From Octopus bimaculoides (lineage: Eukaryota), in contig NC_069000.1 of the NCBI RefSeq assembly GCF_001194135.2, positions 31,281,274 to 31,345,273 of the forward strand: DNA of 64,000 nucleotides, written 5' to 3'. How positions within the stretch are numbered: the first letter of the stretch is position 1; each line of letters opens with the position of its first letter. The notes under the pieces were generated by a model, which was not told where the DNA came from, searched no databases, and saw nothing but the letters and a program-made list of their open reading frames with translations. This document shows positions 1 to 13,159 of this stretch, in pieces. The position numbers and the translations under genes are program-made.

Positions 1-308
1 TACCACCCCACATTAATTTATATCTTATTTTAACTAGATATGTTTATCTTGTTCTAATTATTATTGTTCCCTATAGTTTTGAACTTAGTAATTCAGTGCT
101 TCATTGTATTATTCTATTTATACTGTAGAATAGATATATTTCTTTAATACCTTGACCTTAATTCCCTTACCTTAAATTTTTTCCAAATTCTTACCACTCC
201 TTAGGGTATTGTCCTTCCATTTTCTTTTGTTTCTTTTCTTTCTTTCGTTCTTTCCCTCATGCTTGATTTACCCCTAACCTGCTGTCCACCACTAATTAAC
301 CACTACTT

Positions 309-660
309 GCTGTGTGGTAAGACGTTTGCTTCCCAACCACATTCTTCAGGGTTCATTCCCACTGCGGGGCATCTTGGGCAGGTGTCTTGTACTATAGTCT
401 CGGGTCGACGGAAATCGAAAGGAGCCCGTCCAACATGTGCGTGTGTTTGTGTCTGTGTTTCACCACTGACTGAAAACCGGTATTGGTGTGTTTATGTCCC
501 CGTAAGTTACCCGTTCGGCAAAAGAAGCCGGTAGAATAAGTACTAGTATTAAGAAGAAAATAGGCTCCGGGGTTGATTAGTGCGACTAAAATTTTTGAAG
601 TATGACCCCAGCATGGCCGCAGTCTAATAATCGAAACCCGATAAAAGCGAAAAAATAAAA
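309..660 (+). mobile_element. tRNA-type SINE, family C
   Basis: Head GCTGTGTGGTAAG..GCTTCCCAACCAC..GGGTTCA, internal (GT)-rich tract, 3' CCAGCATGGCCGCAGTC..GAAAC. Aligns by eye with copies at 4190, 4817, 12964 and 28236. Confidence 0.85.
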
Positions 661-934
661 GATACATAATGTACGAAATGTATTGGATAATGTAGTTTTG
701 TCTTCAGAATCATGCGTCCCTTTACAGCCAGTGTCTGCTCTAATGTTAGAGAGGTGTGGATGCTTAATTTAGTATTTACTATGTAATTTGATAGTGTGTT
801 TTATTTAGATTAATCGTCAAAGAAATTTGCTGCTGTCCAGTTTATTGAGACTAAAAAGCTGGCAGGAACATCCTGAAATGTAAACAGGGCTCGAAAATCT
901 CCGTTCTGGAGTTAAGGATGTTTCCTCGTTCAAA

Positions 935-1200
935 TTAGTCTTTTAGGATTCTCGCGCATTCAGATATGCATAACTTGCAATTCTTCGTCCCGTTGATGTA
1001 GAGGCCTGGGTTCTCGAGAATTTTCCATGAGATCGAGTATGGAATCCCATCGCCTCTTAGTTGCCAGACATGACTAGCTTGTGATGTTACGTATCTCCTT
1101 TCCGGGACTCTGAAGAAGGACCCGTGGTTGGAGAGACGTTGCTTTAAAGATTTCCGGGAACATCCGAGGGCGTGTGTTTTCGGTGCTGTACCTGCTAGAG
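935..1200 (-). mobile_element. Penelope-like element GIY-YIG endonuclease remnant
   Basis: Translation ..LGCSRKSLKQRLSNHGSFF..TSQASHVWQLR..YSISWKILE..Y.NGTKNCKLCISE resembles the C-terminal half of PLE GIY-YIG domains ending in CxLC..E (recalled motif). Confidence 0.75.
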
Positions 1201-1834
1201 TTGTTGTTCTTGTGGTTGTTGTTGCTGCTGCCATCGACATTGTTGTTGTTGGAGCTCGGATTACTGGTATTGGCGTCGCTGGAGGTGGTGGTATCGCCAC
1301 TGTCCGTTATGGTGAAGGCGCTGTTGTGTTATTGTGGTCCTCGTCACAGAGAATAGAAAAGATAAAAAATAACTGGAGGGAGGGGTTAATAGTAGGGAGT
1401 TATAGTAAAAGAGGTGGAAAGTAGGAGGAAGAGGGGAGGTTGTTGTAGGTAGCATATTAATGGCAGTCTATTGTGTTAGTTTGTATGAATGGTATAGAAT
1501 TAATGGTTGAGATAGTGAGAAAGGGACTGGCCATTATTTGAGGAAAATAAGTTGGGTGGTTCAGTGACTGAGGGAGGTTACTAAGGTATGTAGAAGAGGA
1601 ATGAGAGGAGAAGGATCCTCAGAAAGCGCTCCTGCGAATACCGGTTAACAGAGTGTCTTTCTGTGGATGACGTATCTTATACAAGAAAACTATTCATACA
1701 AAGTGAAATTGCAGGTCAAATAGATTGTTTGCGGAATACGTATACATTCAGTCCAAGCCTGAGATTTATCTTATGATATTTACTCCTTTAATTTCAGTCG
1801 TTTCAACACTACTTGCGTCAATCCCCTACCATTT

Positions 1835-2003
1835 GTTGGTTTGTGTAAACTCCCCGTAACTCCGCGATTCTGTCAGAAGGACGGATAGAATTGGTACCAG
1901 AGTAAAGAAAGAATAAGTGCTGTAGTTAACTTCTTCAAATAATTACATTCCAGGAGATGCCTGTGTATGACCGCAGTCAAATGACTGAAATAAATTAACG
2001 ATA
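1835..2003 (+). mobile_element. SINE family C, degenerate 3' half
   Basis: TGTAAACTCCCCGTAACT..GATAGAAT..GACCGCAGTCAAATGACTGAAA matches the 3' part of the 309-660 copy. Confidence 0.65.
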
Positions 2004-2097
2004 AACTAGAAGTGGAGCAAGAACACACACGGAAACGAAAAGTGTCGCTGAAGCGGTCACAGATGCATGACGAAAGATTTCCGGTCAATGAACAGAC

Positions 2098-2134
2098 ATT
2101 ATAATAATAATAATACTAATAATACTAATAATAA

Positions 2135-2175
<41 letters not shown>

Positions 2176-2266
2176 ATAATAATAATAATAAAAACAGTAA
2201 TAAATGAGTGAAAAAATATAGTGCGTGTGTTTATTTGGCAAAAAATGACCATCCTGAAGTACAATA

Positions 2267-2322
<56 letters not shown>
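2098..2322. repeat. Compound (TAA)n/(CTA)n tract and nearby (TA)n microsatellite
   Basis: Directly visible simple repeats. Confidence 0.95.
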
Positions 2323-2325
<3 letters not shown>

Positions 2326-2526
2326 TTATAAATGAAACATTCATGCTTCATTTATAAATTTTTATGCACCGTGTGCTCTGTTTTTGGCGCAAAACAAAAC
2401 CAGTTGCGCACTCAGAGACTAACATGAACAGTCACGGATTTAAACTGGTGGTCCACACAGACGAGGTTCAGAGTTAAATACTCAAAAGCCGAAACCTGGT
2501 TTGTGGATATCCCTAATTATATATAT

Positions 2527-2911
2527 GTTGTTGTTGTTGACACTCTGTCGCTTACGACGACGAGGGTTCCGGTTGATCAACAAAACAGCCTGCTCGTGAA
2601 ATTAACGTGCAAGTGGCTGAGCACTTCACAGACACGTGTACCCTTAACGTAGTTCTCGGGGAGATTCAGCCTGACACAGTGTGACAAGGCTGGCCCTTTG
2701 AATTACAGGTACAACAGAAACCGGAACTAAGAGTGAGAGAAAGTTGTGTTGAAAGAGTACAGCAGGGCTCGCTACCATCCCCTGCCGGAGCCTCGTGGAG
2801 CTTTACGTGTTTTCGCTCAATAAACACTCACAACGCCCGGTCTGGGAATCGAAACCGCGATCCTATGACCGCGAGTCCGCTGCCCTAACCACTGGGCCAT
2901 TGCACCTCCAC
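2527..2911 (-). mobile_element. tRNA-derived SINE, family A, full length
   Basis: Reverse complement starts GTGGAGGTGCAATGGCCCAGTGG (A box), has GGTTTCGATTCC (B-box-like) and ends in a (CAA)n tail. Near-identical to 11391, 21948 and 60762 copies. Confidence 0.95.
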
Positions 2912-3148
2912 TATANNNNNNNNNNNNNNNNNNNNNNNNNNNNNNNNNNNNNNNNNNNNNNNNNNNNNNNNNNNNNNNNNNNNNNNNNNNNNNNNNNNNN
3001 NNNNNNNNNNNNNNNCTCCAGCTCCAGTCCTCCTGGGGCTAAAAGCAACAGTAACATCCACCCCTAGGGGTCAGCCACACTTAAGTGGCAATATACTACA
3101 CTTTATCGTGCAGTTACTGTTAATACTTCATTTAGAGAATTAACTTTG

Positions 3149-3192
<44 letters not shown>

Positions 3193-3494
3193 CATACACA
3201 CACACAAAACAAACATACACATATGCACGCTTATATTCATATTAATATGTGCATATATGTGTGTGTATGAATGTATTCTTCTTGAATAATTATTTAAAAC
3301 ACTCACCATGATCAACCAGAGACTGCCTCTTTAGAATCACAAACGTGTATGCCAGAATGCGTTGTATTATATTTACATGTAAAACTAAAGCAGACCCTCT
3401 GTATTGCACTCAGCAAACTTAATTCAGACTCAGCTGTATTCCGTACATTTTCCCCTTTTTACCTCGTATTGTACAAAAAATGACATTCAAATAA

Positions 3495-3505
3495 TTACCT
3501 TTCCT

Positions 3506-3557
<52 letters not shown>

Positions 3558-3632
3558 TATTTATTTCTTTCATGGTATATTTCTATGTTTTTAATATCTA
3601 TCTATCTATCTACCTATCTATCTATCTATCTG

Positions 3633-3670
<38 letters not shown>
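3495..3670. repeat. (TTTC)n and (TATC)n microsatellites
   Basis: Directly visible. Confidence 0.95.
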
Positions 3671-4189
3671 GGTCTGTTTCAAATAATGTTCCTATTAATT
3701 TAGCTAATTAATATAAAACAATTACTAGTTATTGGATGAACTCCACATGTTTATACATCATAAAAGGCTTCCTGGTATAATCGTTAAAACAGAATAAATA
3801 TATCTATATGATTTTCCCGTTTCCATCCTTTCTCGTAATTAATAATTACAGAAAACAACTTAACATAAAAGAATGACTGAACTCAACAAAGGAAATTAAT
3901 ATAAGGTTATTTTATAGCTTATTACATAATAACTAGATAATAAATAAATATACATTCCAAAGACTGCAACAAAGTTCTTTCATCATGCGGTACAATCTCG
4001 AACTAACAATTAGCGATTTAAAATAATAACAGGACTAATTACTCTATACAAACTCTGTCGCTTTCCCGAATTGTTCTACATACATACACTGACGTATGGA
4101 AAGTTTTGAGACACCTGTTGAATTATTTCTTTTTCCTTCGGTATCTTTCTCTTCTTTGCAGGTAGATATATATATATAACTATATCGTT

Positions 4190-4397
4190 ATCCTCTACTT
4201 GTTTCAGTCATTGGATTGCAGCCTACGTGGAGCACCATCTTAAAGGGTTTACAAGAGGGACAAATATACTCTGTACTCATTTTTTTTACAGCCCGGTACT
4301 TATTCTATCGGTCTCACTAAGTTACGAGGGAGTAAACAAACCAGCACAGGTTTTCAAGTGGTAGAACAAGGCAAACACAATCACACTCACACACTCC

Positions 4398-4438
<41 letters not shown>

Positions 4439-4594
4439 CACGCACACACACAAAATACAGCAGACTTCTATCAGAAGGCTTTGGTCGGCTCAGAGATATA
4501 GGGATTATTAAACTTTCTAACGGTGCCATGCAGTAGGACTGAACCCGGAACTATGATCTTGGGATGCAAACTTCTTACCACATAACTACGTCTA
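4190..4594 (-). mobile_element. SINE family C, degenerate, internal (CA)n
   Basis: TTTCAGTCATT..GGAGCACC at the left end and GGACTGAACCCGGAAC..CTTCTTACCAC at the right are the reverse complement of family C ends. Confidence 0.8.
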
Positions 4595-4816
4595 CAATTG
4601 AGTTTTTGATATTATTGTCAGTTAAATTTGATGAAACACAATATTAAAAAATCATCGGAATTTATCGATGAGTTTATCCGCAGTTAAGTCATGGGTTGGT
4701 ATGAGTACAGAAATAGCTCAAATTTTTTCGGTATTAATCACCAAATAACGCTAAATTTGTAGGGTAACTGAGTTTTGTTTTTATGGAATTTAGTTTGTCC
4801 ATACTGACTACTCCTA

Positions 4817-4963
4817 TAGGCGCGGTAAGAAGCTTGCTTCCCAACCATATAGTTCTGGGTTCAGTCCTAATACGTGGCACCTTGGGTAAGTGTCTTCTAC
4901 TATAGCCTCCGACCGATTAGACTTGTGAGTGGATTTGGTAGACGGAAACCGTCGTGTGTGTGA

Positions 4964-5009
<46 letters not shown>

Positions 5010-5057
5010 NNNNNNNNNNNNNNNNNNNNNNNNNNNNNNNNNNNNNNNNNNNNNNNN

Positions 5058-5097
<40 letters not shown>

Positions 5098-5290
5098 TGT
5101 TATCACCGGTTTACAACCTGTGCTGATGTGTATATATTCATGTAACTTAGCAGTTCGGCAATGAGACCGAGAGAATAAGTACGAGGCTTAAAAGAATAAG
5201 TACTGGGGTCGATTCGTTCGACAAAAAGTTTTTCAAGGCAGTGCCCCAGCATGGCCGAGGTATAATGTCTGAAACAATTAGAAATAAAAG
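4817..5290 (+). mobile_element. SINE family C with internal (TA)n-gap-(GT)n
   Basis: GGTAAGAAGCTTGCTTCCCAACC..GGGTTCAGTCC head and CCCCAGCATGGCCG..CTGAAACAA tail. Confidence 0.9.
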
Positions 5291-5788
5291 GTACCCAGTT
5301 CACTTTCCTTAAGGTGTGTTAGAATTGTTTGAGATTGTTAGTAAAATTATGTTCGTGATAAAGGTAATTTCCGTAGACTGTTCATCTGATTTTAAATGGA
5401 TGATTAATTCGACCTACAAGATAGATGCTTCTCTGTGCATGGATAAAGGTGACTGTAAAGTATACAAATATATGTCGTATTTTAGCTTTTGCTGTTTGTT
5501 TTTGTCGTTTTATCGCGTTTTAAAGAAAGCTGCAGTGTAAGCTAAGAGCTGAGCGTAGAATAAAGCTTTAAGAATTTACCCACATCACGTATTTTCTCCA
5601 TTTCGGATTAGTACTTGCACTGATAAGGCATTTATTTCCTGTGATTTGTTTAATCTCAAACCTGCTTTTGACGGTCCTGATTTATGATCTCCAAATATAT
5701 CTAAGTACTCTGACTACATGGGAATTCACAGCACTATCTCCTTGTGTTAAAAATCTCTCATTTCAATATTTTTAATGTTTGTGAGTTG

Positions 5789-5920
5789 GAGAGCTGGCAG
5801 AATCTTTAGCACACCGGGTATTTCGTCCATCTTCATGTTCTGAATCCAAATTCCGCCGAGATCGACTCTGGCTTTCATCCCTTCTATATCGATAAAATAA
5901 GTACCAGATAAATACTGAGA
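5789..5920 (+). mobile_element. SINE family B, partial
   Basis: GAGCTGGCAGAAT..GCTTTCATCC..TCGATAAAATAAGTACCAG, shared with 8603, 9585, 26118, 27186 and 32758. Confidence 0.8.
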
Positions 5921-6066
5921 GATTAAAAATCAAGAAATGCGTTCAATTTCGTTAATATTGTTAGGTCTTGAAACTTATCTCAACAGGTTAGTTTAAGGAG
6001 TTTTCGGCTTCCAAAGAAAAAAGAATGAATAAATATTCTAATTCTTTGATTCGTTACTACTTCTGG

Positions 6067-6115
<49 letters not shown>

Positions 6116-6388
6116 TGTGTGTGTGGGTAACTCGCCCAAGATGTAGGAAGTTGCACACGTGCGCGCGCACATACACCTAAGTGACTTTGTAGGATCTAAA
6201 ACTGCAGTTAGAAAATTAAATGTCATAAGAACAGGAACAAAAAGATATTGAATTGTCAATTTTGACATGACAATGTCCTCGTACTTATAGCTAATCTTCT
6301 AAATAGTTCTAACACGTTTTTTTTAAAATTCATTTATACATAGTTATTCTGCAATGCTTCAAGCAATCTACAACGTTCTCTCTCTCAC

Positions 6389-6434
<46 letters not shown>

Positions 6435-8602
6435 GTCTGTCTATCTTTATTTGTGTGTGTATTTGTGTATTTGTGCGCTTATGTAGGTATACATACATAT
6501 AGGCTAAACTACATGCATACGTATACACACATAGACACATATACTTATCTATGCGAATGCATAGCCGTATTCTTAGGAATTATTTCACTTTGTGGTTCAA
6601 CATTTGACATGATTGAGCGGGGCATTGCAGAAGCGATTTCAGCTGAGTTTTTGGAATAGGTAATATTCCAAATTGCTTGTCTTCGTTGTTCTCCTCGGGA
6701 AAGGCGAAGGACAAGGAATTAGGAAATTTTCCTCTTCATTTTTTAAAAAGTATTCTTGTGTTTAATACAACTGAAATTACGATTCTGAAAGATCTTTGTT
6801 CAAATTTTTACATTCTCAGCCATTTTCTTCTTCATGAGGCAGTGATATCACTTCCAAAAGCTCCATCCTAATTCTTACCAGAACTTCAGATTGAATAATA
6901 TCCTCATTTATAAACTTCATATTGAATAACATACTCATTTATAAATGAATTATTACGGGTCACTCTTTCTGCTCGAATGATTTGTCAAAATTCTCTCAAA
7001 TTACTGTCTTAAATAAGAACACATTGTAGTCCTAGATACACCCCTAAAATCTTACTAAGCATTTGATTGGTTTGAGTGTTTTTCATAACATATCAGTACG
7101 ATTGGATACACTGGGACTATTCAAGTTCAACAGCAAACAAACAAAAACTAAAACAAAACAAAAAAGACAAGAGAAATTGTTACAATAGTAACGGCAAAAT
7201 ATTTGGCTGAATGTTTTGTAGTATTATAGTGAGTTTTCTTTAGATTTATATTTATTTATCCATCTAGCTCCGATGAAAAAGAGCAACTGAATGAATGATG
7301 CAGTGAATATCGTACCTGAAAACAAATCTTTAATCGAAACTTTCCTCTTGAAGAATGAAAAGAAAAACCTTGCGGTAATTATTGTCGACACTCAAAGAAA
7401 AGGGAGAGATAATTTGAAGTTAAGAATTATTTTTCATATTAATTAACTATGCACATGTTGTGCTGTATTAAACCTTACTAGAATGCTATAGTAAGGTTGC
7501 CTTCGAAAACTCAGAATTTTCGTTAGTAAAAAAAGAGTTACGAATTATTTCGGGGCAATGTAATTAGCATAATTAAAAAATAATTGAGCAATGTGATTAT
7601 TCTAATATTGACTGAATGCCGATATCATTTGTAGCAAATTTTAAAAGTTCCTTATTATCACCATCGAAGCAGAAATGCGATCGGAAGAGTCAAGCAACAT
7701 TGACATGACTAATGATATTGAAGTAATTGGGGTCTCTGCTGAACTCATTTAAATATGCGTTACTGGAAATAATCGAAGAAACTTTATGTCAGAATATTTC
7801 CTCGTGATTTTGAAGGAGGGAAATAAAGAAAACAAAGACATAAATGAACGACAACTGTAATGAAGTCTTTAGAAATGTAGGAAGAATTCTTTGATTCGTC
7901 ATGCTTACTACGTGACGTATTACAAAATAATGATAATTATAATAATGATAATAACGATAATGATAATAATGACAATGATGATGCTGCTGATGATGATGTT
8001 AATGAGTTCTTCTATTTCGTAGAATATTAATAATATTAATTATAAAATCGCTCTAATTATTATAATTAATTTTATTATTTTTATTATTGTAATCATCATT
8101 GTTATTTATTTTGTTTCCGTGCTCTTTCGATTTTTACAAGCTGTTCCAAGTTTCAGCCAGAGATCTCAAGAAACAACAAGTTAGACGACTTTGTGTGGGT
8201 GTTATTTATAAGTTGTAATTATGTCATTAAAAGCTTGTTGTAAAGTCTTCGATTTTTTAAAGCTTCAAATTCCTCAGGTTAACAGTGCTTTTCTTTTCTT
8301 TCGGAGAACAATGGACTGTTCACAAGAACAATTTATCTGTAATTCTGATACTGTGGGTTTCCTGCAATGTGATCATAGTTTTCGAAGGCACCATTTCTTA
8401 TATCCCCAAAGCCCCGAATATCATTACGTGCAGTTATCTCTCTTAGGTGCCACATTTTTGAGACCTCGATTTTAAAGCCCCTGTATTTGATTAAATTTTC
8501 AAACGTATTGGCAGAAGTATTGCCGTCTGCTGGGATTGACATATCTATGAGCAAAATAGATGTCAATGACTTCTTTTTTATCACAATCTTCTGTCTATTA
8601 TT

Positions 8603-8815
8603 GGCGGTGAGCTGGCAGAAACGTTAGCACACCGGGCGAAATGCTTGGCGGTATTTCGTGTGTCTTTACACCCTAAGTTAAAATTCCGCTGAGGTCGACT
8701 TTGCCTTTCATCCTTTCGGAGTCGATAAATTAAGTACCAGTTGCATACTGGGGTCGATCTAATCTATTGGCCCCTCTCCCCCAAAATTTTGGGCCTTGTG
8801 CCTAGAGTAGGAAAA
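8603..8815 (+). mobile_element. SINE family B, full length, inserted at the LINE RP(D/N)I motif
   Basis: GGCGGTGAGCTGGCAGAAACGTTAGC head and GTCGACTTTGCCTTTCATCCTTTCGGAGTCGATAAATTAAGTACCAG core, which resembles the MetaSINE central domain as I recall it. Confidence 0.9.
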
Positions 8816-9584
8816 AATATTTGGTCTATTGGCCTGAACAACTTGATCAGTTTGAATACTAATATCTCGAAGGACGGCGATGTCTGTTTTCTACTTTGGT
8901 AGGCTTGTGTTCCCACCAGTTCTTATACAGGAGTTTAAACTGAATGCATATCCAGCGAAAATACTCACCATGTCTGGCATGGTGACTAGTATACTCACTT
9001 GAAGCTAACATAAAACAGCCAGAGATGCGGTTGTGTGTACCACTAAAGCGGTAGATTTAAGTTAGCACAATTTGCTTGGTAAAATCTAATAAGCAGACTC
9101 TGACTGAATTGTTAATATGAAATCTAGACGTAATCTGCTAATGATGGGTTATATCTGTGTCAACATCAGAATACCTACTCCTTGTAAGAAATTTACTATG
9201 TGATATCTTACTTTTTTTCTATCTATTACAGAACGTTGGGGTGCAATTTTATTTGTCTTTGTTCTTTTAATTGTTTTGTTTTCTCATTTTGTTCTTCCCT
9301 TTCATCTAATTGCGCCTAAATCCCAGCAACCCTTAACCCCTTTACATATGTATTGACATATACAGAATATGACTGCTTTGTCATTTTCTGAAGACTTTAC
9401 CGCTCTATGCTTATACTACCTCATTTCTGTTGGCATTCTGCTTATGATTCTGGAATAACTTTCAGTGAATATGAGTTTCAGCTTTCTCTTATTTAATACT
9501 GTACTCTTTCTTGGATAAGATTTGGCAGAGAAAATGTAATTATGTGTTCCTACCTAGTTCTAAATATTGGTACAGGGTTATCAA

Positions 9585-9775
9585 GTTCGGGGTGGGGGAA
9601 GGTGTAAGTCGATTACATCGGCCCCAATACTCAACTGGTACTTATTTTATCGACCCCGAAAGGATGACAGGTAAAGTTGACCTCGGTGGAATGGGAACTC
9701 GAATGTAATGATGGACGAAATACCGCTTAGTATTTTGTCCGGCGTGCTAACGATTCTGCCAGCTCGCTGCCTTAA
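9585..9775 (-). mobile_element. SINE family B
   Basis: CTGGTACTTATTTTATCGACCCCGAAAGGATG..GATTCTGCCAGCTCGC is the reverse complement of family B. Confidence 0.9.
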
Positions 9776-10759
9776 TTTCGCATAATATTCTGAAGCTTTG
9801 CATTGTATTCTGTTTTACTGCATGATTTTGGCGGTTCCTTGTGTGAAAAGCTTTGATCCTTTGCTGAAGTGAAGAATATTTCTATCTTATTTTCTAAGGA
9901 AATATTACAAATCCTCTTTTCCCACTTCCAGGCTTTTTTATATATTTACATGTAAAGGCTTTTCTTTCATGGCTCCGTTTTTAGTTTAGATTTTATATTT
10001 TGACAATTTATTTTGTTATTTCTCGATTCTCTTCAAAATTGTAATTTCAGTCACTATTATGTACTTGTTTATTTCCTCAATTCTAAAACTATTTGAAATC
10101 AAAAAAACAAACAAACAAACAAAAAAAAAACGACAAAATAAGCTAAAGTAGAGGTAGCACTATCGTATGTGTGTAGTGACTATGAATTAGCCGACACGAG
10201 TTCTCAACTGAGTACCTAATCTCGACTGTTTTAATTTTTTTTTTGTCAAACATACCACAGAGTTTTACCAAATATCCTATCAGCTGCGGCCGTGCCTATA
10301 TGCATTCACCCAAATTTTATTTTCAACTCCACAGTAGATAACACACTTGAAGATTAAAAGGACAGTAGCGCTTCTCATGAACCGTGAAAAGTATATGCTC
10401 ATAAATACCTAGTGTTCTTTTCTTGAGATTTGACTTTTCATGAGTAACAATGTCGCCTTTTGAAAGGGTGATGTAACCACAGAGTGTGCAAACGAAATTT
10501 CCTTTAGGCCATTAACCATACAGAACTTTAACAGCATGGATATTTCAGAGGTTACTATTTCCCAGTTTGATTGGCAGTTCGTATTTTCTCAAACTATATG
10601 CGGTTCCTCCTCTTACAGAACACTATATTAAGTTTTACTCTGATTTTCATATCTTTATTAATTACAATTCTCAGTTAACAGTATTAATGTTCAAAGACTT
10701 AAGGTTTGATTTGTGACGTCATCTGTTGCGGACGCTCACTGAAAACTAATTAACTGTAA

Positions 10760-11180
10760 AATCATTGCTTCGGAAGCCTCAAGTCAGGAAGATGGATGAC
10801 ATGACTAACCTTTCGCATTTGATACTTGATGAGGTGAACTTCCAAACTGAAATACAGTACCCTTTTCATGACTTCTATGTCAAGCACCAAAGATTTCCAG
10901 CTGATCTTTAATATTCAACGTAGACACTTTTAGTAAAATCTTTTGAGCATTTTCATGCGACGTCAGTATGTTGCTTTGTCTAAGACGCACGTAGCAAAGA
11001 TATGATAGCGCTTACAACATAAATGCAAAGCTTGGTAGAAACTTCCAAGTTTCCTATCCAAGTTTCTGACTACTTGATTGGATGAATGAAGTAATGTACA
11101 TCGTATACGAAGAGTATTTAGAAGAACTCAACAGGAATTAATCGTATTGCACCCGATGAAGTGCACACACGCGGCTGTTG
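10760..11180 (-). mobile_element. RTE-clade LINE, post-RT/C-terminal remnant
   Basis: LKISWKSLVLDIEVMKR..SLEVHL..Q.R..SHV..LPDLRLPKQ.FY matches the RTE motif IL.ISW.D.V.N.EVL.R..QLRW.GHV.RM.D.RLPK. Confidence 0.75.
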
Positions 11181-11341
11181 CTGAGCAGTATTCAACTGTA
11201 TAATGATTATATACAATGTTCTTTTATAATGGTTTATTAATATAAATTCAACATCTTAAAACTGGTGTGCGGTTCAGGTAGAAACAAATATCGAGACTAC
11301 AATTAAAGCGTCTTACCCTCCATTCTCGCGTTATGTTAAAG

Positions 11342-11375
<34 letters not shown>

Positions 11376-11390
11376 CTTTACACCACAAAT

Positions 11391-11769
11391 TTGTTGTTGT
11401 TGGCACTCCGTCGCTTACGACGTCGAGGGTTCCAGTTGATCCGATCAACGGAACAGCCTGCTCGTGAAATTAACGTGCAAGTGGCTGAGCACTCCACAAA
11501 CAGGTGTACCTTTAACGTAGTTGTCGGAGATATTCAGCGTGACACAGTCTGACAAGGCTGACCCTTTGAATTCCAGGCACAACAAAAACAGGAAGAAAGA
11601 GTGAGAGAAAGTTGTGGTGATAGAGTACAGCAGGGTTCGCCACCATCCCCTGTCGGAGCCTTAGGTGTTTTCGCTCAATAAACACTCACAACGCTCGGTC
11701 TGGGAATAGAAACCGCGATCCTATGACCGCCAGTCCGCTGCCCTAACCACTCGGCCATTGCGCCTTCAC
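11391..11769 (-). mobile_element. SINE family A with 12 bp target-site duplication
   Basis: Full family A sequence. TACACCACAAAT occurs at 11379-11390 and 11770-11781. Confidence 0.97.
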
Positions 11770-12766
11770 TACACCACAAATAGCCATTTCTTAAACTATT
11801 GTTATGTACAACAGGCAACTGAAACGTCGAGTGAATGAAAGTGTGGTTCAAAACTGTAATTCATGTTCATCGTACACATGAGTAAACAATATATCAGTTT
11901 CTAAACTCTNNNNNNNNNNNNNNNNNNNNNNNNNNNNNNNNNNNNNNNNNNNNNNNNNNNNNNNNNNNNNNNNNNNNNNNNNNNNNNNNNNNNNNNNNNN
12001 NNNNNNNNNNNNNNNNNNNNNNNNNNNNNNNNNNNNNNNNNNNNNNNNNNNNNNNNNNNNNNNNNNNNNNNNNNNNNNNNNNNNNNNNNNNNNNNNNNNN
12101 NNNNNNNNNNNNNNNNNNNNNNNNNNNNNNNNNNNNNNNNNNNNNNNNNNNNNNNNNNNNNNNNNNNNNNNNNNNNNNNNNNNNNNNNNNNNNNNNNNNN
12201 NNNNNNNNNNNNNNNNNNNNNNNNNNNNNNNNNNNNNNNNNNNNNNNNNNNNNNNNNNNNNNNNNNNNNNNNNNNNNNNNNNNNNNNNNNNNNNNNNNNN
12301 NNNNNNNNNNNNNNNNNNNNNNNNNNNNNNNNNNNNNNNNNNNNNNNNNNNNNNNNNNNNNNNNNNNNNNNNNNNNNNNNNNNNNNNNNNNNNNNNNNNN
12401 NNNNNNNNNNNNNNNNNNNNNNNNNNNNNNNNNNNNNNNNNNNNNNNNNNNNNNNNNNNNNNNNNNNNNNNNNNNNNNNNNNNNNNNNNNNNNNNNNNNN
12501 NNNNNNNNNNNNNNNNNNNNNNNNNNNNNNNNNNNNNNNNNNNNNNNNNNNNNNNNNNNNNNNNNNNNNNNNNNNNNNNNNNNNNNNNNNNNNNNNNNNN
12601 NNNNNNNNNNNNNNNNNNNNNNNNNNNNNNNNNNNNNNNNNNNNNNNNNNNNNNNNNNNNNNNNNNNNNNNNNNNNNNNNNNNNNNNNNNNNNNNNNNNN
12701 NNNNNNNNNNNNNNNNNNNNNNNNNNNNNNNNNNNNNNNNNNNNNNNNNNNNNNNNNNNNNNNNNN

Positions 12767-12812
<46 letters not shown>

Positions 12813-12963
12813 GCACACTCACTGGCATATTTATACGTACACACGTATGTCTGCTTGTGTATTTCATGTGTGTGTGTACGTGTATGCCTATGTTATAATT
12901 CTACATAAATATTCTTATATATATATATGAATGCACAGACATACTTTTATGTGTTATTTATTA

Positions 12964-13136
12964 TATGACGAGCGCTTCCTTTAGTTTTCGTCTACGAAAT
13001 CCACTCACAATGCTTTGGTCGGCGCAGGGCTATAGTAAAAGACATACGTCTAAGGTGTCGCCCAGTGGGGTTGAACCCAAGATCGCACGGTTGTGTTGTG
13101 AAGCCCGGTTTTTTAACGACACACCTACCCTGCACC
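12964..13136 (-). mobile_element. SINE family C, 5' half
   Basis: CGTCTACGAAATCCACTCACAA..GCTATAGTAAAAGACA..TTGAACCC is the reverse complement of the family C head. Confidence 0.8.
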
Positions 13137-13159
13137 TGTATTAGATTTGAGTAAATAAA

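Larger units (their letters stand above)
8105..10080 (-). mobile_element. R4/Dong-like LINE, degenerate and RT-deleted, interrupted by two family B SINEs
   Basis: Fragments translate to HSKFLTRS..DVD..TH, ISGC..LA..EY, NWWEHKPTKVEN, QTDQVVQANRPNI and LIDMSIP..KYRGFKIEVSKMWHL (REL endonuclease). The 3' end abuts the AAT-rich tract at ~7930-8100. Confidence 0.75.

Noticed and set aside
7285-7860. Short protein-like open stretches (MNDAVNIVPENK..; ITIEAEMRSEES..)
   Set aside because: No recognisable motif, an internal stop and no convincing splice sites.
11848-12867. Long ORFs spanning N runs (also 19.9, 28.3, 30.1, 34.1, 39.9, 51.1 and 57.5 kb)
   Set aside because: Open only because N codons and dinucleotide repeats contain no stops.
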